DNA from: Candidatus Schekmanbacteria bacterium RIFCSPLOWO2_02_FULL_38_14
Lineage (GTDB): Bacteria > Schekmanbacteria > GWA2-38-11
Length of the DNA: 29,302 nucleotides
Assembly: GCA_001790855.1 (NCBI GenBank)
Contig: MGDH01000001.1
Coordinates: 79,427 to 108,728, forward strand
Reading direction: 5' to 3'
Below the pieces are notes generated by a model, which was not told the DNA's origin, made no database searches, and saw only the letters and a program-made list of their open reading frames with translations. The translations under genes and the position numbers were made by a program. Position 1 is the first letter of the stretch, and the number at the start of each line of letters is the position of its first letter. Shown piece by piece: positions 28,301 through 29,302 of this stretch.

Positions 28301-29302
28301 ATGATTCCATATCAGTATCAAAGGGAAAGGGGCGGCTTACAGGAATGAACGATGCTTCAGGAGAAACTCTTTACTTCTATGACTCTCTTGGAAGGATTAC
28401 AAAAGAGGAAAGGGATATTGATTACCTCTCCTATGCAACAAACTACTCCTATGATAAAAATGGAAATCTGACAGGAACAATCTATCCATCAGGGATATTT
28501 GTCCATTATGCCTATGATGGCGCAGACAGAATTGCAGGGGTAACAATTACAGGAAACCAGCTAAACAGCGTGATAAATGCAGAATATATTCCATTTGGAG
28601 GATTCTCCTCCATTGCCTATGGCAACGGCGCATTAACAAATATTTCCTATGATAAGCAGTACAGAGTAGCTAATTTAGCTATAGGAAATCAGCTCTCATC
28701 ACTCAGCTACCAGTATGACAACAACAGCAACATTACAGGAATCACTGACCTGTTAGCGGCTTCAAAAACAAAAACCTTCTCTTATGATTCTCTTAACCGT
28801 CTCACCGCCTCAACACAAAACACAGGACAATATTTTCGAAACTACACCTACGACCCTGTTGGCAATAGATTGTCTGAAACTAAAAACAATAACACCACAA
28901 CCTACACTTACTCAGCCAACCGATTAACCTCTTTAACCCGAAACCCGCAAGTTGAAACCCGAAACTTCTCCTACGACTCAACCGGCAACATTACCTCAGA
29001 TGGCGAGAAAAACTTTATCTACAACCAAAGCAACAGGCTGGCAAGAGTCACAGAGAATGGAGAAACAAAAGGTGAGTATGTTTATGATGGAAGAGGAAAG
29101 AGAATCCTGAAAGAAATAAAAGGAAACTGGTTTGTTTATCATTATGATACTAATGGAAACATCATGTCTGTTTCTGACAGGAATGGAAACACCATTGCGG
29201 ATTATATCTACATTGGAAATGAACGGGTAGGAATGCTTTTGCCGGAAACTGAAACAGAGGCTTCGGGGGCGTATAAGAAAGTAGCAAGCAGCAAGGGTCA
29301 TG
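25360..29302 (+). CDS. RHS/YD-repeat protein (polymorphic-toxin/teneurin-like) with signal peptide and Cys-rich N-terminal domain; 3' end outside window
   Basis: RBS GAGGT 7 nt before ATG 25360. Signal peptide MKAAGLKTGFIISIFFIILLCPFRLFASG. I translated the whole frame to 29302 and found no stop (>1310 codons). RHS N-terminal hallmark LPGRGLDLSFTRTYSNR, then dozens of YD repeats (YxYDxxGRL, e.g. YRFDSSGRLIEI, YQYDANKRLTSI, YTYDNLDRVTEV, YTYDSRGRLKTI, YTYDDMGRLVRT, YSYDSAGNLISK, YTFDSANRLTNI, FYDSLGRITKE, YSYDKNGNLTGT, FSYDSLNRLTAS, YTYDPVGNRLSE, FSYDSTGNITSD, YVYDGRGKRILK). Confidence 0.9.
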   Translation, partial: MKAAGLKTGFIISIFFIILLCPFRLFASGPPVSGLQVTFSSGVDPYGNSRIDVDISWSPWVLMIQCSPNSPPKNALMEYVVTIATSREVKNCISGGVSGGGFLKTNETSYHTSISPDALYFSVSVCAIHILENCQGSTCSPSAEWSHTFSCDYVDLPNMPHDNCTTKLGTAGEPVNVFNGQMYVTHTDFTLPGRGLDLSFTRTYSNRFQIPSQSTLVVSGSKSRGEAKYIERTRVGCLVGGYPFSPLTLDNLSNGIPVGYGWTHSLSQHLDFLLDGKMIKYFDENGTSQYFNQYKNGSTDTFYSPAQSWTTSTLVKNQDDTYTISKEDLHYRFDSSGRLIEISDSYSNQIFLVYDGSGNLTTAIDTLGRQITFQYDANKRLTSIAGPDGTLASYEYSPLGLLTKAIYSDNTNITYQYGDPYDNMNLTKIIDQNGHSYNYTYDNLDRVTEVTRDNSNEKITFSDYNTIKPYYYFYPPDAPVMSAPIQTTTVTNSRGYTTTYSYITKGNGFEGNGLPLMYQISGVGCSSCSEGNQTNIWAPDGNMVSSTDASGMTTKYENYDSRGNPAIIKKAYGTSDEQNESYTYHPVLNRPISVTRRSVLNSGFNKVTIFDYDNDYDNIPNENPTFRISRFVEKGLAKNENGETEAYEYVTTYNYNSLGQLLSVDGPRTDVSDVTTFTYYPDDPFYGYNRSRLFQIIDPSGNIYAYSNYDIYSNPGQVIDANNVATNYTYDSRGRLKTILIETSLTQIFYDPKGNVDYIILPEGNIVDYTYDVVDRLTGITKISSGSAPIESITYTYDTEGNKTSETIRAGDINGTIKSHSDFEYDQWNKLTKIIPSADSPSKFFKFFNLPNGPVSKEKDGNTTDGLWSAEYIYDSMLRLKQIKNLPANFITGFQYDSQNNLTQITDANGNATNYTYDDMGRLVRTQSPDTGVTSYSYDSAGNLISKTDAKGVTASYTFDSANRLTNIDLPGTNDDIIFSYDSISVSKGKGRLTGMNDASGETLYFYDSLGRITKEERDIDYLSYATNYSYDKNGNLTGTIYPSGIFVHYAYDGADRIAGVTITGNQLNSVINAEYIPFGGFSSIAYGNGALTNISYDKQYRVANLAIGNQLSSLSYQYDNNSNITGITDLLAASKTKTFSYDSLNRLTASTQNTGQYFRNYTYDPVGNRLSETKNNNTTTYTYSANRLTSLTRNPQVETRNFSYDSTGNITSDGEKNFIYNQSNRLARVTENGETKGEYVYDGRGKRILKEIKGNWFVYHYDTNGNIMSVSDRNGNTIADYIYIGNERVGMLLPETETEASGAYKKVASSKGH

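Overview
AT-rich (~35-40% GC) bacterial chromosomal segment, probably an uncultivated diderm: LpxC and sigma-54-type regulators are present, but there are no rRNA or tRNA genes and no CRISPR array. Genes are densely packed on both strands. Housekeeping: rsmD-coaD-HIT operon, gyrA, dprA, M29 aminopeptidase, aldo/keto reductase with an Fe-S tail. Anaerobic-type redox enzymes: a partial GlcF/LutA-like CCG-domain Fe-S oxidoreductase at the 5' edge and a fused LutB-LutA-like protein. An NtrY/NtrX-like two-component pair is present. The most unusual item is a single 733-745 aa ORF that joins REC, a sigma-54-type AAA+ domain with a degenerate GAFTGA motif, a Fis-type HTH and a complete LpxC deacetylase. 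The 3' third resembles an accessory locus. It starts with a decayed transposase fragment and a GC-elevated SPFH/band-7 gene with a small zinc-ribbon membrane protein. A membrane protein, a TIM-barrel isomerase and a B12-binding radical SAM gene follow, the last being GC-elevated and behind a perfect consensus sigma-70 promoter. It ends with a >1300 aa signal-peptide-bearing RHS/YD-repeat protein that runs off the window. A large secreted protein carries four near-identical 240-bp coding repeats, an (ACA)37(ACT)10 microsatellite encoding about 51 threonines, and two IPT/TIG domains. Intergenic regions hold at least two families of GC-rich palindromic repeats (GTCATTGC...GCAATGAC type and ACCCCGTTAGAAA/TTTCTAACGGGGT type) and several nested hairpin structures. 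All calls come from reading the sequence and recalling motifs; no database search was possible.
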